DNA of 64,000 nucleotides from Lama glama (lineage: Eukaryota), in assembly GCA_028534125.1 (NCBI GenBank), contig CM052816.1, positions 95,048,001 to 95,112,000 on the forward strand, given 5' to 3'. The notes below the pieces were generated by a model, which ran no database searches, had not been told where the DNA came from, and saw nothing but the letters and a program-made list of their open reading frames with translations. The position numbers were made by a program, and so were the translations under genes. How positions within the stretch are numbered: position 1 is the first letter of the stretch; each line of letters begins with the position of its first letter. Below, one piece after another: positions 12,196 to 25,131 of the stretch.

Positions 12196-12796
12196 AGCCA
12201 GCGTGTGAGACCCTGCCCCAGTCTGTGCCTTGTCCAGCCCGGGATGGGCCTCCAGAGAAGGAAGTCTCCGCCCCGCAGGAGTCAGGATCCAAGTGCCTCA
12301 GATCAGCCTCCCTGGAAGCCGAGCCTGAAACAGGCAGAGAACGGCACCTGGAGGAAGGGGCGCAACACTTTGCAGAAAGGATGAGAGGAGGAGGACCAGG
12401 GAGAGAAGCAAACAGGGGCGTGGTCTCCGGCAGAGCCTTCATCCTGACCCCACCGAGAACTGGGAGCACAAATAATGCCCAGAGCCGGGCCCGCCCGACG
12501 CCGGGAGAGCCGCTTTTGTCCGCATGTCGTCGGGCGGCTGTGGGCTGCCCTCCCCACCAGGGATGTGGCCAGGCCTCCTGGCGTGCAGCAGCTTCTGTTC
12601 CCTGGGCAGGGGGACAATTCTCAGAGAAGAGAGCAGTTCTGAGCCACTGGCAGCCCAGACTCAGAGCAGCAGGGGAACCAGTGTGGCAAAGGGGACCTAG
12701 GACGGGTCACTTCTCTCTAGCCCCCTCAGTTCCCTGAATGTCACAAGCCTTCAGGATGTCTGGCCCCAGGCCCGAGGTGACGGCAGTGGGTCCTGG

Positions 12797-13253
12797 GTGG
12801 ACTCCTTTTCCAGGGCTGCTGTAACAAAGGAGCAAACATTGGGTGTTTTCAACAACAGAAACTTTCTCCCGAGTCTGGAAGCTAGAAACTCCAGATCAAG
12901 GTGTTGGCAGGGCCGTTCTCCCACCCAAGGCTCTCGGGACGAATCCTTCCTCGCCTCTTCCTAGGTTCTGGACCCAGCAGCCCTCGGTGCTCCCTGGTTA
13001 GGAGACCTATCACTCTAGTCTCAGCCACCATCAACGCATGTCCTTCTCCCTGTGTGCCTGTGTCCTCTTCTCTTCCTATAAGGACACCAGTCACTGAATG
13101 TGGGGGTGGGGCACCCTAATCTGATATCATTCATCTCCATCCTTGATTACTTACATCTGCAAGGACTTTATTTCCAAACAAGGTCGTTTTCACAGGTGTC
13201 AAAGGCTAGGACTTCAACATAGCTTTTGAGGGGAACAGAATTCAGCTCACAAC
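12797..13253 (-). mobile_element. MaLR LTR (MLT1B/C-like)
   Basis: agggctgctgtaacaaa...caacaacagaaa...tataaggacaccagtca...ggacttcaacata. Imperfect 5-bp TSD cctgg/cctga. Confidence 0.85.
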
Positions 13254-14849
13254 CCTGAGGTTGAGCTAGCATATTGCAGGGGCCACCACGCCCCCAGCCA
13301 ACCTCCAGGGAATTCAGTGTCCCTCCCTTGAGCAGGAAGTTGCCAACAGTGCTAAAGCCAACTTCGGAAGACGGAAAGATCAGTCATCACTATGGGCCAA
13401 TTGACCTAAAGAAAAAGAACATTCAAGCAGCCCGGAAAGTTCCTTCTGCTGGTCTGTTTCTCAGTCGAGTGGGTGGAGTTTGGCCCTTGAAAGAGTGTCA
13501 AAGTGCCAGCAAGGGCGGCAACCAATGACTGTCCCACAGGGGGAGCCAGTCCGGGCACCTTTTGTGCCTGGAGGAACAGCCATGATGCTCGCGGCGCCAG
13601 ATCCCGCTGTGAAATAGTTCCCAGGCGCTTTTCCTTTCCAGGAGTTCTGCCTCTTCGTTTTCTTTGGGCCCTGCAAGCCTTCCTCCACCGACACCAGGCT
13701 GTGAGGCTGCAGGGCAGAGCTAGCCCCAAAACGGTAGCCCTTCCAAGTCACCAGACTCTGCCTTGGGAAGCTCCGGGGCGAACCCCTGGGAATCCAGGGC
13801 AGAGGCGTGGTCTTGGAAACCCCGCGTGTCCTTTGTAAGATCCAGACAGGTGAGGGAGGAAAAGCTTTCGTTATTGTTCCGAGGAACATCCAGAGCCCAG
13901 CCTGGGGGGACTCAGAGCAGAGAGCTTGTCCCCAGAATAGGAGCGGATAGACAGCCTTTCCTGGGCAGGGGCCGCGGAGCTCCGGAGGGGACAGCAAGCC
14001 TGGGAGGGGAGGGCGTGGCTCTGAGGCCCCTCTTGAACCAAGCTCCCTCCTCCCCTATAGGGTCCCAGCCCCAGAGCAGGGCAGACTTGTCTGAACATCT
14101 AGTGGGGAGCTGACTCCTCAAGTGTCCTGAGCCACATGGGCTGGTCCTGGGAGCGCAGAAAAGGGAGCCCCCAAAGTTGGCCTAGGGAGCCGAGAAGAGC
14201 AAAGAATTGAGAGGCAGGATGCGTGGTGGGGAGAAGACTGTGCCCTGCCATACGGGACCCCGTGGCCGCCGAGCTGGGGACTAGATGCAGGGCCAGGCTG
14301 AGCTTCCAGAAGCTGAGCTAAGACCTGGGTGACAACAGCACCAGCAGTGTTGACAGCCCAGCTCACTGGGTCAGTCACAGAGGTCCTGGCCACGCTTACT
14401 GGAACATAGATACCCCCCCCCAGGGAAAGGAGAGGGGTAAAGGGATTAGAAAGCCTGAATTAACCATGTATTTCCCCTTAAAAGATACTGAATTTTCAAG
14501 TAGAACTGACAGAATTGCCTGGAATCGGCAAGATTAAGTTCTCTGCCATGAGCAGAAATGAAGGCTTTTGAGTAAATTAAGCTCAATTATAAAACGATAA
14601 AGAAAGTTTCACGTCTGCACACGGGAGTTTTATGGTTATGAAATTTGAACCCACCATACAAGAAGTGTAATTGCAATTCAAGGCAACATGTGATATATGT
14701 CATATCAATTGTGCAAGCAAAGTGTTTTACGATTTCAAAGAAAGGAGAAAGCGTACCTGCTGGAGTTTTAGAACCTGTCTCTGTTTGTAACTCAGCCTCT
14801 TCATCTTATAGATCGCCTGACACCTTTCCTCAAACCCAACTTTCCATCA

Positions 14850-15390
14850 CTGTATTAGTTATGATTCTTTCTGCTGCAAGTGACAAAAACCTTAACTCAA
14901 ATCAGCTTAAGAAAAGGAAAAGGAATTTATTTGCTCACAAGACTGAAGAATCCAGAGGGAGCTCTTGCCTCAGGTATAGTTTGATCCAGGCTCAAATCAA
15001 GTAATTTCACCGGGATAAAGTGCTATCTCTGGATTTCTTGGTGCTGCTTCCTTGATATTGGGTCCATGCTCAGACCCTGTGTGTTCGCAAGATACCTGCC
15101 AGTTTCAGCCGCGTCATCCTTCCACACATTCTGCCAACAGGAAAAGCAAGTCTACTTCCCTGATAACAGCAAAAACCTGGGAATTGAATACCCTTAGCCA
15201 CGATGGGTGGGATTGGTGCCATGTGACCATCAGGAAGCCAATCACTCTGTTCAGAAGAATGAAATGTGCTGATTGGCTTACACATGGAATAAGATGGCCT
15301 CAGAAATGCAGCATCAGAGAATCGGGACAAAGGTTCCCACAGGGCAAGGAGAGAATGCTGGGGGCAAAAACAATAAATGTCCATCACACC
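14850..15390 (-). mobile_element. Old MaLR LTR (MLT1J/K/L-like)
   Basis: tgtattagtt...tgcaagtgacaaaaaccttaactcaaatcagcttaag...gaatttatttgctca. Confidence 0.65.
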
Positions 15391-15411
15391 TCACAGTCCA
15401 AACTTGGCCTG

Positions 15412-15864
15412 GGTATGGGTCTCCTAGGGCTGCAGTAACCCAGTACCACAGTCTGGGCGACTTAAACAACAGACTTACTGTCTCACAGCTCCAGAGACTG
15501 GAAGTCTGAGATCAAGGTGCCAGTAGAGTTGGTTGCTTCTGAGGCTGTGAGGGAGAACCTGGTCCAGGTCTCCCTCTTGGCATCTGGTGACTTGCTGTCA
15601 ATCTTTGCTGTCCCTTGGCTTGTAGAAGCATCATCTTGATCTCTGCCTTCATCTTTGCATGACGTTCTCCCTGTGTGTGTGTGTGTCTCTTTTTATAAGG
15701 ACACTGGCTATAATTTATTAGCATCCATCCTAGTGACCTCATTTTCACTTAATTACCTCTGTAAAGACCCTATTTCTAAAAAAAAGACCACATTCTCAGA
15801 TACTGGGCTTAGAACTTCAACATGTCATTTTGGCCGGGAAGGGAGCGCAGTTCACCCCATAGCA
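15412..15864 (-). mobile_element. MaLR LTR (MLT1B/C-like)
   Basis: ctagggctgcagtaacc...cttaaacaacaga...ttaattacctctgtaaagaccctatttc. 5-bp TSD gcctg on both sides. Confidence 0.88.
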
Positions 15865-16334
15865 GCCTGGTTTTGTATCAGATATTTTAAGAGCACTTAA
15901 AATCTAGTTGCTACTTTCTAACTTTCACATCTTATGGAAGCATCTTAGCAAAGACTGTTGTTTTCTTTTGGAACACTTCTGCTGTCATTACTACCCATCT
16001 CTCCATCAGCAAAAACTCATACATTCTCCAATATTAACACAATATAATTATTAAATATTTCTTGCTTACTTATATATTCTTGTATAAGATATTACATAAC
16101 ATTTTCCTCTACCCATAATAACTAGGAATGGCCAAATACAGTTCCATACCTGAGCAACAAAGAAGCAAACATTACCTCTGTCAGAGATAAGCTAATATTA
16201 ATCATTATTATCAAAATAAAAAAAAAGAAATCTCCTGTTGTTCAAGCAAAATTGTCAGGCAACTTAAATATAATCAAATACTTGGAGGAAATTCTAGCAT
16301 ATTAGAAAACTGTATCAACAAAAGAAGTCTCACT

Positions 16335-16500
16335 GGGGAGGGTATAGCTCAGTGGTAGAGCACCTGCTTAGCATGCACTGGGTCCTGGGTTCAAACCCCA
16401 GAACCGCCATTAAAAAAAAAAACTAATTGTGAATAAATAAATAGCCCTAATGATCTCCCCTTACAAATAAGAAAGTAAAATTAAATTTAAAAAAAAAAAA
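16335..16500 (+). mobile_element. tRNA-Ala-derived SINE (vic-1-like)
   Basis: ggggagggtatagctcagtggtagagcacctgcttagcatgc...gggttcaaacccc, then an AT-rich/C-run/A tail. Weak TSD agaagtct/agaagact. Confidence 0.9.
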
Positions 16501-17513
16501 CAGGAGAAGACTTGCAGTGCTCATTGGCTTGGAGGAAATAAATATGAAGCAATGTTTACAAGTTATTTTTTTCAAGATTCTTAAAGTTACACTTTTCTGT
16601 GGTCAGCAAAAATAGTGATTTATTTCATAAATGGAAAAAGAAAGCCGTAATCTGTCACTAGCTCACCGCTATAATTGGATCCTTAGCTGGTGAACAGTCC
16701 AAAAATGGATGTTGAAGTCCCGTCTATTAACTGTTACATTTTGGACTTGTGTATGATTTCTTGTTCATTAAACTGGTAAATCCCTTGGTTAAAGGCTGCA
16801 TTTGCGAATCGTTGATTGGCCCTAAGTTTACTTGGGCTGTGTGGAGGTGGGGGGGACGGTGGGGACCAGGGTTCTAATCTATAGACACAAAACTATTTAT
16901 TTATAACTTTCAGTCTTAATTTTCCAAATCACACCATGGGCATGTCCATATTTGCCTTATTAAAAGAGTGAATTCCAATTTTCAAAGTATTAACAAATGG
17001 TCTTTCTCCCCATCAAAGCATCAAATGCTTTCCAAGGAAGAAGAAAGACTATAATATTTGCAGATCATCTAGAATACTAGATTGTTAGAATTCAAATTCA
17101 GAATGTTTTTCTCTATTGTCTTTTTGTTGGTCAAATAGAGAAAGACAAGCCATATTCAACGTGATTGTTAATTTTCTTGTCTATGATAGCAGTACTGTGG
17201 TTACGTAAGTGATTACCCTCATTTTAAGGAGATGCGTGCTGTAGTACTTAGGGATGAAATGTCAAGATATTGGCAACTAACTTTCAAATGATTCAGTAAA
17301 CACCATCTGTATACACACACACATATATACATATATAATATTTGCAATTGTTGAGCTTAAAGTTTAGATCCTATTGTGCTATTCTCCCCATTCTTCTCAC
17401 TTTCTGTATATTTGAAAAATTTTATAATAAAATGTTGTGAATGAAATGGGATGGTGAAGATGGGAAACGTTTTCTTTCTTTGGTAAATTTATCACTTAAT
17501 ACTTACCCTCAGC

Positions 17514-17650
17514 GGGGAAGGTGTAGTTCAGTGGCAGAGTGCTATGCTTAGCAAGCATGAGGTCCTGGGGTCAATCCCCAGTACCTCCATTAAAAATAAA
17601 TAAATAAATCTAATTACCTCCCTCCACAAAAAAGAAAAAAAAATTTTTTT
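17514..17650 (+). mobile_element. tRNA-Ala-derived SINE (vic-1-like)
   Basis: ggggaaggtgtagttcagtggcagag...gaggtcctggggtcaatccccagtacctccattaaaaataaataaataaatctaattacctccc. TSD ttaccct on both sides. Confidence 0.9.
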
Positions 17651-18344
17651 TAAACATTTACCCTACGCCTACACATCCAAGGTTCAACTCATCACTCCTC
17701 CACTCACCACCCCAAAAGAACACAGTAAGGCTCAAAGCCCTTTAAAATAGTGTTAGGAAGTGAAAACATTTCCATTTATATTTTCAAATTCTTGCCTAGT
17801 TAATGGAGCGTTTTAAGGTTAAATGAGCTTTTTTGAGTAAGATGCTTAGGACAATACTTGGCATAAAGTAAGTGCTCAATATACTACTGTAACTGTTACC
17901 TAAAAATACAGCGCCTGCTCATTGCCTGGTGCTAGCACGGAAGTGTCACAGGTGCCGCTCCGCTAGGAAATGACAGGCGTTGGTAAGAAGAAAAGACCCC
18001 TGCCGCCTACGGTGAATAGAGGCGGTGAGACAGAGAGGGAGGACTGGGGCTTCCACTGGCAGGAAGGTTAGAATTCAGAATGTGGAAGGGACGCATGGCC
18101 TCTCACTGTCTTGTACACTCTCTCTCTCTCTCAATAATTTGAGAAAGAAAGGAAGTCTTCTAATAAAATGTGAGTCTTTAATTGGCTCCACCCTGACCCC
18201 AACCTGAAGCGGCACGAAGCCCAATTACTGCGGCAAGCACTTGTCATAGTTCAGCAAGGATACCTTGAGCCAGAAAAATGGCTCCTTCCAAACGTTTGTT
18301 GACTTATGTCATTAAAAACGTCTACCTTTCTATATCTGCGAGCT

Positions 18345-18648
18345 CCTTTCAAAACAGGAAGAAACTCACAGATGTAGAAAACAACCTTGCGGTTTCCAAA
18401 GGGGAAGTGGGAGGTGGGAGTAGGGATAAATCGGGAGCTTGAGGTCAGCAGATACAAAGTACCACATACAGAATAGACAGACAGCAGGGTCCTACTGTAC
18501 AGCACAGGGAACAAAATTCCGTATATTATAATAAACCATCATGAAAAAGAATATGAAGGAGAATATATACGTGTATAACTGAATCACTTTGCTGTTCTCG
18601 AGAAACTAACACAACATTGTAAATCAAATATACAGCAATAAAAAAAGA
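18345..18648 (+). mobile_element. L1 3'UTR fragment
   Basis: ggtcctactgtacagcacagggaac...tataactgaatcactttgctg...acaacattgtaaatcaa, then poly-A. Confidence 0.85.
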
Positions 18649-19339
18649 CTAATCACATTTAAGAAGTCAAAGTAATGGATAAAATATAATAAAATAATAG
18701 GTTTTTTTCTTAAGTCTATCTTTCTTTATATATGAAACTTCAAATTTTCTTTGCAAACCTTTAAGAAGTTAAAAGTTGTGATGTAAGCCATGTCATGTCG
18801 GTCGGCTAAGACTAGAACAAACACAGTTGGACCACATTTTCACAATGAATGATGTGGTACATTGCAATACAGAAAGTCATTCCCCCTACATTACCTCCTC
18901 CGAGCTTCCGACGTCCTTCGGGGCAGTCGGGACGTGAACCCAGCTTGTCTCATTCTGCACCCCACACTTTTTTGTGGGGGATTTTGAAGGGAAAGTTAGC
19001 ATGTGCATTTCTGGAGTTTCACTCTCTAAACTTAGCTATTTGAACATCTGGCATATGATTACAACCCAGCCAGGAGATGGATTCCATCTGTGAGCTATAT
19101 TAGCTGAATAACTTTGCATGAAACTTTTAACATTTCTGAACCTCAATTTTCTCATCCTTATTTACCACCCAGATTATTATGTTGATCAAAGAAAGTATGT
19201 GAAGGCAGTTTGTGAATTTTAATGCTCTTTATGATGTTATTGATACTGTTCTCAATGACCAATTCTCTAAAGAACTTACAGAGAAAAGCTTAATAAAGAG
19301 CAATGAATAGTTTCACTCTCCAACTTGGCATAGCCTCAG

Positions 19340-19560
19340 ACCACCACTTACTGAGTGCTAACTGTGGCCCAGGCTGTGTGCCCAGCTTTCTCATGTATTA
19401 TCTCGAGTTAACCTTCAGAACAATTCTCCAAGGTGGCTGTTATTTCTATTCCCATTTCACAGATAAGGTACGTAAATAGCCTGCCCAGGACCATGCATCC
19501 CGGATGTGGGAGTCAGGCTTTGCACTCAAGTGTGTGACTCCAAAGCCAGCCTTCTCCCCT
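19340..19560 (-). mobile_element. MIR SINE
   Basis: ttactgagtgctaactgtggcccagg...cccatttcacagataagg...gtgtgactccaaagcc. Confidence 0.75.
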
Positions 19561-20949
19561 GCTGTGCTTCCTGCAGGGCACGTAGTCCTTGGCTGTGGAC
19601 ATGGGTTTGTAAGACTGTGATTAATTTTCCTAAATTATACCTGGCAGAGTTGTTTCCAACCACCTCAGGGGCACAGGCAACCATCACTAATTGCTGTGCA
19701 CCACTGTGGTTATGTGGTTACTTGTTACACAGCATCACTGTCATTGCAGATATCTGCTATACCAGGGCATTCCGACATGCAGCCAATGAGAAGAATCACT
19801 GCCTGGCTCTTCTGAGGTGTCATAAGCACAGCTCTTTCTGCTCCAAACACACAACCTCACACATACCCACCATTCAGGTTCTTGGTCTAAAGATCATGCC
19901 ATCTGGAAATACCTTCCCCGATGCCCTTCCTCCCCCCGGTTCTCTCCGCTTTCCCCCAGAGCAGCTTTAATGCTCCTCTCCTATACTCCCAGGGCACCAG
20001 GTACTTTCCCCAATAAGCACGTCTCCCAACTCATGTGTAGCAGATGGAGAAAAGCTTTATCCTTAGGAGGCGGTAGGAGTATTGGGAGTCTGGCTTAGTC
20101 AAAAAAAATTAAGTCAAGGGGCTGGATAATAAAGAAAGACAAAAAGAAGGGAAGTTTAGGGAGATTAGTTAGAAATGACCCAACTCCATCTTTGTAACTC
20201 TGCAGAAGAAGCATTTAGGAAAGAATGATGCAGAGGGGAGAGGACCTGTCTGTAACAATCACTAGTAACTACTCCTGATAGAGCACTTTACAGTTTACAC
20301 CAGGGCTTCCAGGCACAAATTGCTCAATGAATATTTCAACATGATCAGAACTACCTTATTACTTGTGCCCTTCTTGAGTAACTGGGGAAAAGTTCTACAT
20401 GTAGAGAAGTGTTCTGTGATTGTACACAAGCTAGATTTATTCACCTAGGGCAGAGCCACATCTAGGTCAGATCATTTGGAATGATAGAATGTAGAATTAT
20501 CTATACAAGAAATTGTCTATTAAAGTATCGCCAATTCAGGCCTACTAAAAAAGTTTATTATTGCAAAAAATATTTCCTGGGATACCTTGCTTTTATTTCT
20601 TCCTGAGACCCATTTGCAATCACCCTATGAGTTATGAGCAAAAATGTGGTTTCTAGAGTGATGATTGCGTTTGAATTTGAAAGTTATCCTTCTGTATTGA
20701 AATATCAACATAAACTTTGAAGAAAATGTTTGCTAAACAAGAGAAATATCAGTTGAGTTCCAGTCTAAATGATTACAAATTTTAAATTGGTGAAGTCTAA
20801 GTGAATGACATATATTTGCTATCAGAGATCTTGACTTTCCATGAATTACGATTTAGATTATCAACATGAAACATATAGATGGGAAATTATATTCAGTATA
20901 TATTTTTATTTCTGCTGGTGGAAGAATATCAAATGTGATTCAAATATTG

Positions 20950-21510
20950 GGTCATATCTCCCCCAGAAACTTTGTACCTATGTTCATCAAAAAAAAATTG
21001 TAGAATGTTTAGATGAAGACTATTAGTAATGGCCCCAAACTGGAAACCACCCAAATGCCCAACAACTGTAGAATGGATAAATACAGCTATTCTAGAATAT
21101 TTGTCTATTATATTAGTTGCCTACTCTATTATAATATTTTATATATAATAATATTGTAGGAAGATAATAAAAATCCATGTGGTGGAATATTATGCGGCAT
21201 TGAGAATGAACATCCTACGTCTGCATTCTACAACATGGATGAGGCTCCCAAACATACTCCTGAGGAAGAGGAGCTAGAAACACAAGAGATTTCATACAGA
21301 AGAAGCATAAAAATAGGCAAAGCCCATTTATGCCATTAGAAGTCAGCCCAGTGATTAACTTCTGAGGGAGTGATTAACTTTGAGGGAGTGAGTGGAAACA
21401 TGAGGGGTTTCTGGAGGGCTGGAAGCTTTTTGTTCCTTGCTCAAAACCTGAATACATGGCTGTGTTCCATTGTTGAACATTTATTGGGTGGAATTTTACT
21501 GTACTATGAT
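20950..21510 (+). mobile_element. Old L1M 3' end fragment
   Basis: aatggccccaaactggaaaccacccaaatgccc...gaatggataaata...acaacatggatga...agaagtcag. Confidence 0.75.
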
Positions 21511-23307
21511 ATACGGCAAGAAAAGTTTTTCTTTTTTTCAGTTGAGGTGAAAAAAATTACACGCAGCTCAGAAGAGTATAGAACTTGCCACAGAAGGTGT
21601 TTACGGTCCACTATCATTAAAGTTGCATTAGAACTCTGTCTGATAAAGAACAAATTCAAAATAAAACACTGCAAACAAACGCTAGGACAGGACAGCTGGA
21701 GGGGCCAGCGTGCTTTAAAACACTGCAGAATGATAACAGAGGCTGCTTGCTTGGCTTTACCAGCCATTACAGAGGTAAAAATGCAGACACATTTGAAGGA
21801 GCTGCGTGGGGAGGGGGCACAACGGACATCACCCTGAACATGGTGATGACCTGGGGGTCCAGGGAGAAATTCTGCATTTGCAAGTTGTACAACCCCAGGC
21901 AAATCATCATTTACTAATTCCCTCATCTGTCAAATGAGGCTAAGAATAGCTATCATACAAGCTTGTTTTAAGGGTCACGAGAGGAAATGTAGGAATATGT
22001 TTGTTGACTGCAAGGGACTACACCCACGGAGGTTCTCGGCCTTGAGTGGTATTTTTTTCGGCATCTTATACAAACTAGTCACAAAAATAATGTCACTCCT
22101 GGCCACAGTGAGGCTGCAGTCTGAATACAGTGATGTGTTTTTATACTTTAAGGCAAAATGATTCATCCAGAGCAACTGGGTACCAGAAATCAGAATGCTG
22201 TTTCACTATTCATTTATTAAACTTTCATCTAAAACACAAGATCGAAGAATTCAAAGCAGCAACATTTTCATTCAGAATTATCCTTCATAAGCCTTCAAAG
22301 AAATAAAAGATGGCTTCATTATCTAGTGTTATAAGACCAATTTTACCACTTTCTGATCAGCTATTGCTTGCACTTTTCACTTTTATGAGCCTTTCCTTCC
22401 AATGCACGTGGCACAGAACTCTAATTTGGTCTAATTTGGGATCCACAAATATAAACTTCACGTAGCATTTCACTTATCTCTGAAATAAAGTTATCGCTCT
22501 CATTCTAAATTCCTTCCTTCAAACATTATTGTTTGTTGAATTATTGACCTTACTTAGAAAATTAGAATATTAGCTTTCAAGTCCTTTACATTAAAATGCC
22601 ATTTGTTAATTTGCATTAAATAGCTGGCATTAAGGGCCCACTGAGAATTAACTTTGCTTCTAGCTGTTACTAATTATTAACATATTTTATCCTTGGCCTT
22701 CAAGTATTTGTTTTGATACCCTACTTTCCTAGCTGTTCCAAGCCATAAGTCATCAGGGAGGAAGCAATTAAGCTACCAGATTGCCCTAATGGCATTCATC
22801 CTGGGAGACCATTCATATTATGAACTAGAGTTTGTGTTTTAGCAACTGGTAAAGCTCAATCTGTTTAAATGCGGAGAATTAAAATACAGAGATTTCCTGA
22901 TTTTATGTGTGGATATCCAGAGTCTTCCGCTTGACTTTGGATTTCTGGCAGTAGAGAGGACTGGGGATGTCCATTTCTTCCTCAAATACAGAGAAATCCT
23001 GGGCAAATATTACAAACTGTTTAAAAGGTACATAGTCAAGTTCAAACGTAGGGGAAATTCTCTGGTGCTGGCAGAAACTAACAGGGAGCTCACGCAGAGA
23101 GATGATGTCTTAAGATGCACGTTTGGACAAGGGCCCTACCAGCCGGGGGCCAGGGCTTTAACGCCCACGTGGGGAGAGGTGTTGCGGTTTAGACCCTGGG
23201 GAGCTGGAGGTAACTAGATCTGCTAGGCCTACATAAACCCAGCACCTTTGGAAGCCTTCTGCCTCCATCAAAAAGTCACTGTTATTATCGGAAGTGGAGC
23301 CGGATGA

Positions 23308-23832
23308 ATTATCTATGGCTGTGTAACAAATCACTCCAAAGCCTCTCAGCTTAAAACAACACCCACTCGTTATCTCACAGCTTCTGCAGGTCAGGCAACT
23401 GGATGCGGCTTTGCCGAGCCCTCTGACTCAGGGTCCCTCCTCAGGCTGAAATCAGGGTAACATCGGGGGGTGGGTTTGCTTCCAAGCTCACTCGTGTGGC
23501 TGTTGGCAGGATTCCGATCCTCAGGAGCCACTGGCCTGAAGGCTTCAGTTCACTGTTGACCTCCCTCAGATCTGCCCCACTGGGTCACCCTCTAGGGCAG
23601 CTCGTGATACGGCAACAAGCTTCCATCACAAGAAGCAAGCGAGACAGTGAGAGAGGGTAGGAAAGATGGAAGCCAGAATCTTACTGTAACCAAACTCAGA
23701 TAGCATCCCACCATTTTTGCTACATTCTATTTGTTTATTAGGTCCAGCTCATGCTCAAGGGGTGGGAATTCTACAAGGGCATGAATACCAGGAGACAGGG
23801 ACGCTTGGGAGCCACCTTAGAAGCCGTTTAAC
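23308..23832 (-). mobile_element. MaLR LTR (MLT1F/G/H-like)
   Basis: tatctatggctgtgtaacaaatcactccaaa...gcttaaaacaacac...tctcacagcttctgcaggtcagg...gggcatgaataccaggag. Confidence 0.75.
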
Positions 23833-24379
23833 ACATGGTTATTGGTCTGGGCCATATGTTCTTGCTCAGGAGTGGGGCTATTAGAACCTAGAACTTTGGA
23901 GGAGGAAACTTGCAGACCTAAGACCCAGAGCTCTAAGGAAGGAGTGCAACCCAGCTGGTACTGGTGTTTCTAGGGGTGAGGCTGACCCTGGTGGTGTAAG
24001 AAGCTAGAAATTAAGAGGCACTGCCATCATTAGGATGATGAACTGTTGCCAAAGTGATGCTTCAGGAATAGTAAGCAAACAGGAAGTCTCTTCTCTCTCC
24101 TTCTGCCTCCCATTCTCAATCTGAGCCCCCTATTGGCAAAAGCTGAGAGAAAGCCAGATGGCAAAAGAGAACTGTGGTTTGCAGAATCCCAGCCCTGGCA
24201 TCAGAAACTAGTGTGTAGAAAGAAGGTGGTCAAAGCAGAGAATCCAGGGCTGAATAACCAGCAGAAACAGCAAAAAAAACTATCTTCCTACTGGCCCAAG
24301 AAAGTGGCAAGGAGACTGATCTCTGCCTGGGGATCTGGGTGAAAAACAATATTAAAGTTTCCAGTGAGAAATCAAAACA

Positions 24380-24990
24380 GTAATTTTGTACAAAGCATAG
24401 ATGTGGACTCTGAACTTACACTATGCCAAGAATACAGGGATCTCAACAAATAACAACAAAATATCCCAAACAAGTGAACCCCTGTGGTTCCCGGTGGAAG
24501 CAGGTGCAAAAACCCTCTTTAGGGACACTTCTCTAACTCGGGGCGCAAGGGCCTCCGGCAGAATGAAAGAAATCACTAAACATGAGCTCATTATCAAAAA
24601 TTAAAAACAGAAGAGGAAACGGTTCACCATACTGGCATTCAATGATCACAACCACAGAAGGAAAGGAAGAAGACAGAAGTAGCCCACTCAGAGGCTTGAG
24701 AGGCTAGCAAAGTCATGAAGAGACTGTAAAGGACGCCTGTTAAAAGGAGTAACAGAAACATCAAGGAAAATGATCCTAATGAAAGAGCAAGACGACACGG
24801 GGGAGGGAGAGATGAAGGGCCTTCTAACAGCTAACACTGGACATGTGGAGGAGAAAAATAGGTCCGTTAAAATTAAAAACTCGGTGATTAGGTTAAATAG
24901 CAGATTAGACAAAACTGATGTGAGAATTAGCCAGCTGAAAGCTCTAGATCTAAACAAATTATCCAACATGTAGCACAGAGAGAGGCAACG
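24380..24990 (+). mobile_element. Old L1 5'/ORF1 remnant
   Basis: ORF 24770-24973 contains IKNSVIRLNSRLDKTDVRISQLK, which resembles the L1 ORF1p coiled coil. Confidence 0.6.
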
Positions 24991-25092
24991 AGGCATTTTT
25001 TTCAAGGGAGTTTCTAGTTAGACATGGTACCTTGAATATAAACATCTGTCATCCTCTTTCCTGAAAATTTCCCATAAGTGATAGTGGTAAAA

Positions 25093-25131
25093 AGAAAAGG
25101 AAAGGAAAGGAAAGGAAAGGAAAGGAAAGGA
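25093..25131. repeat. (AAAGG)n simple repeat
   Basis: Direct reading. Confidence 0.9.

Noticed and set aside
12051..12737. 228-aa ORF
   Set aside because: Starts inside a MER5A-like element and runs through LTR-like GC-rich sequence. Non-ATG start and no recognisable domain.
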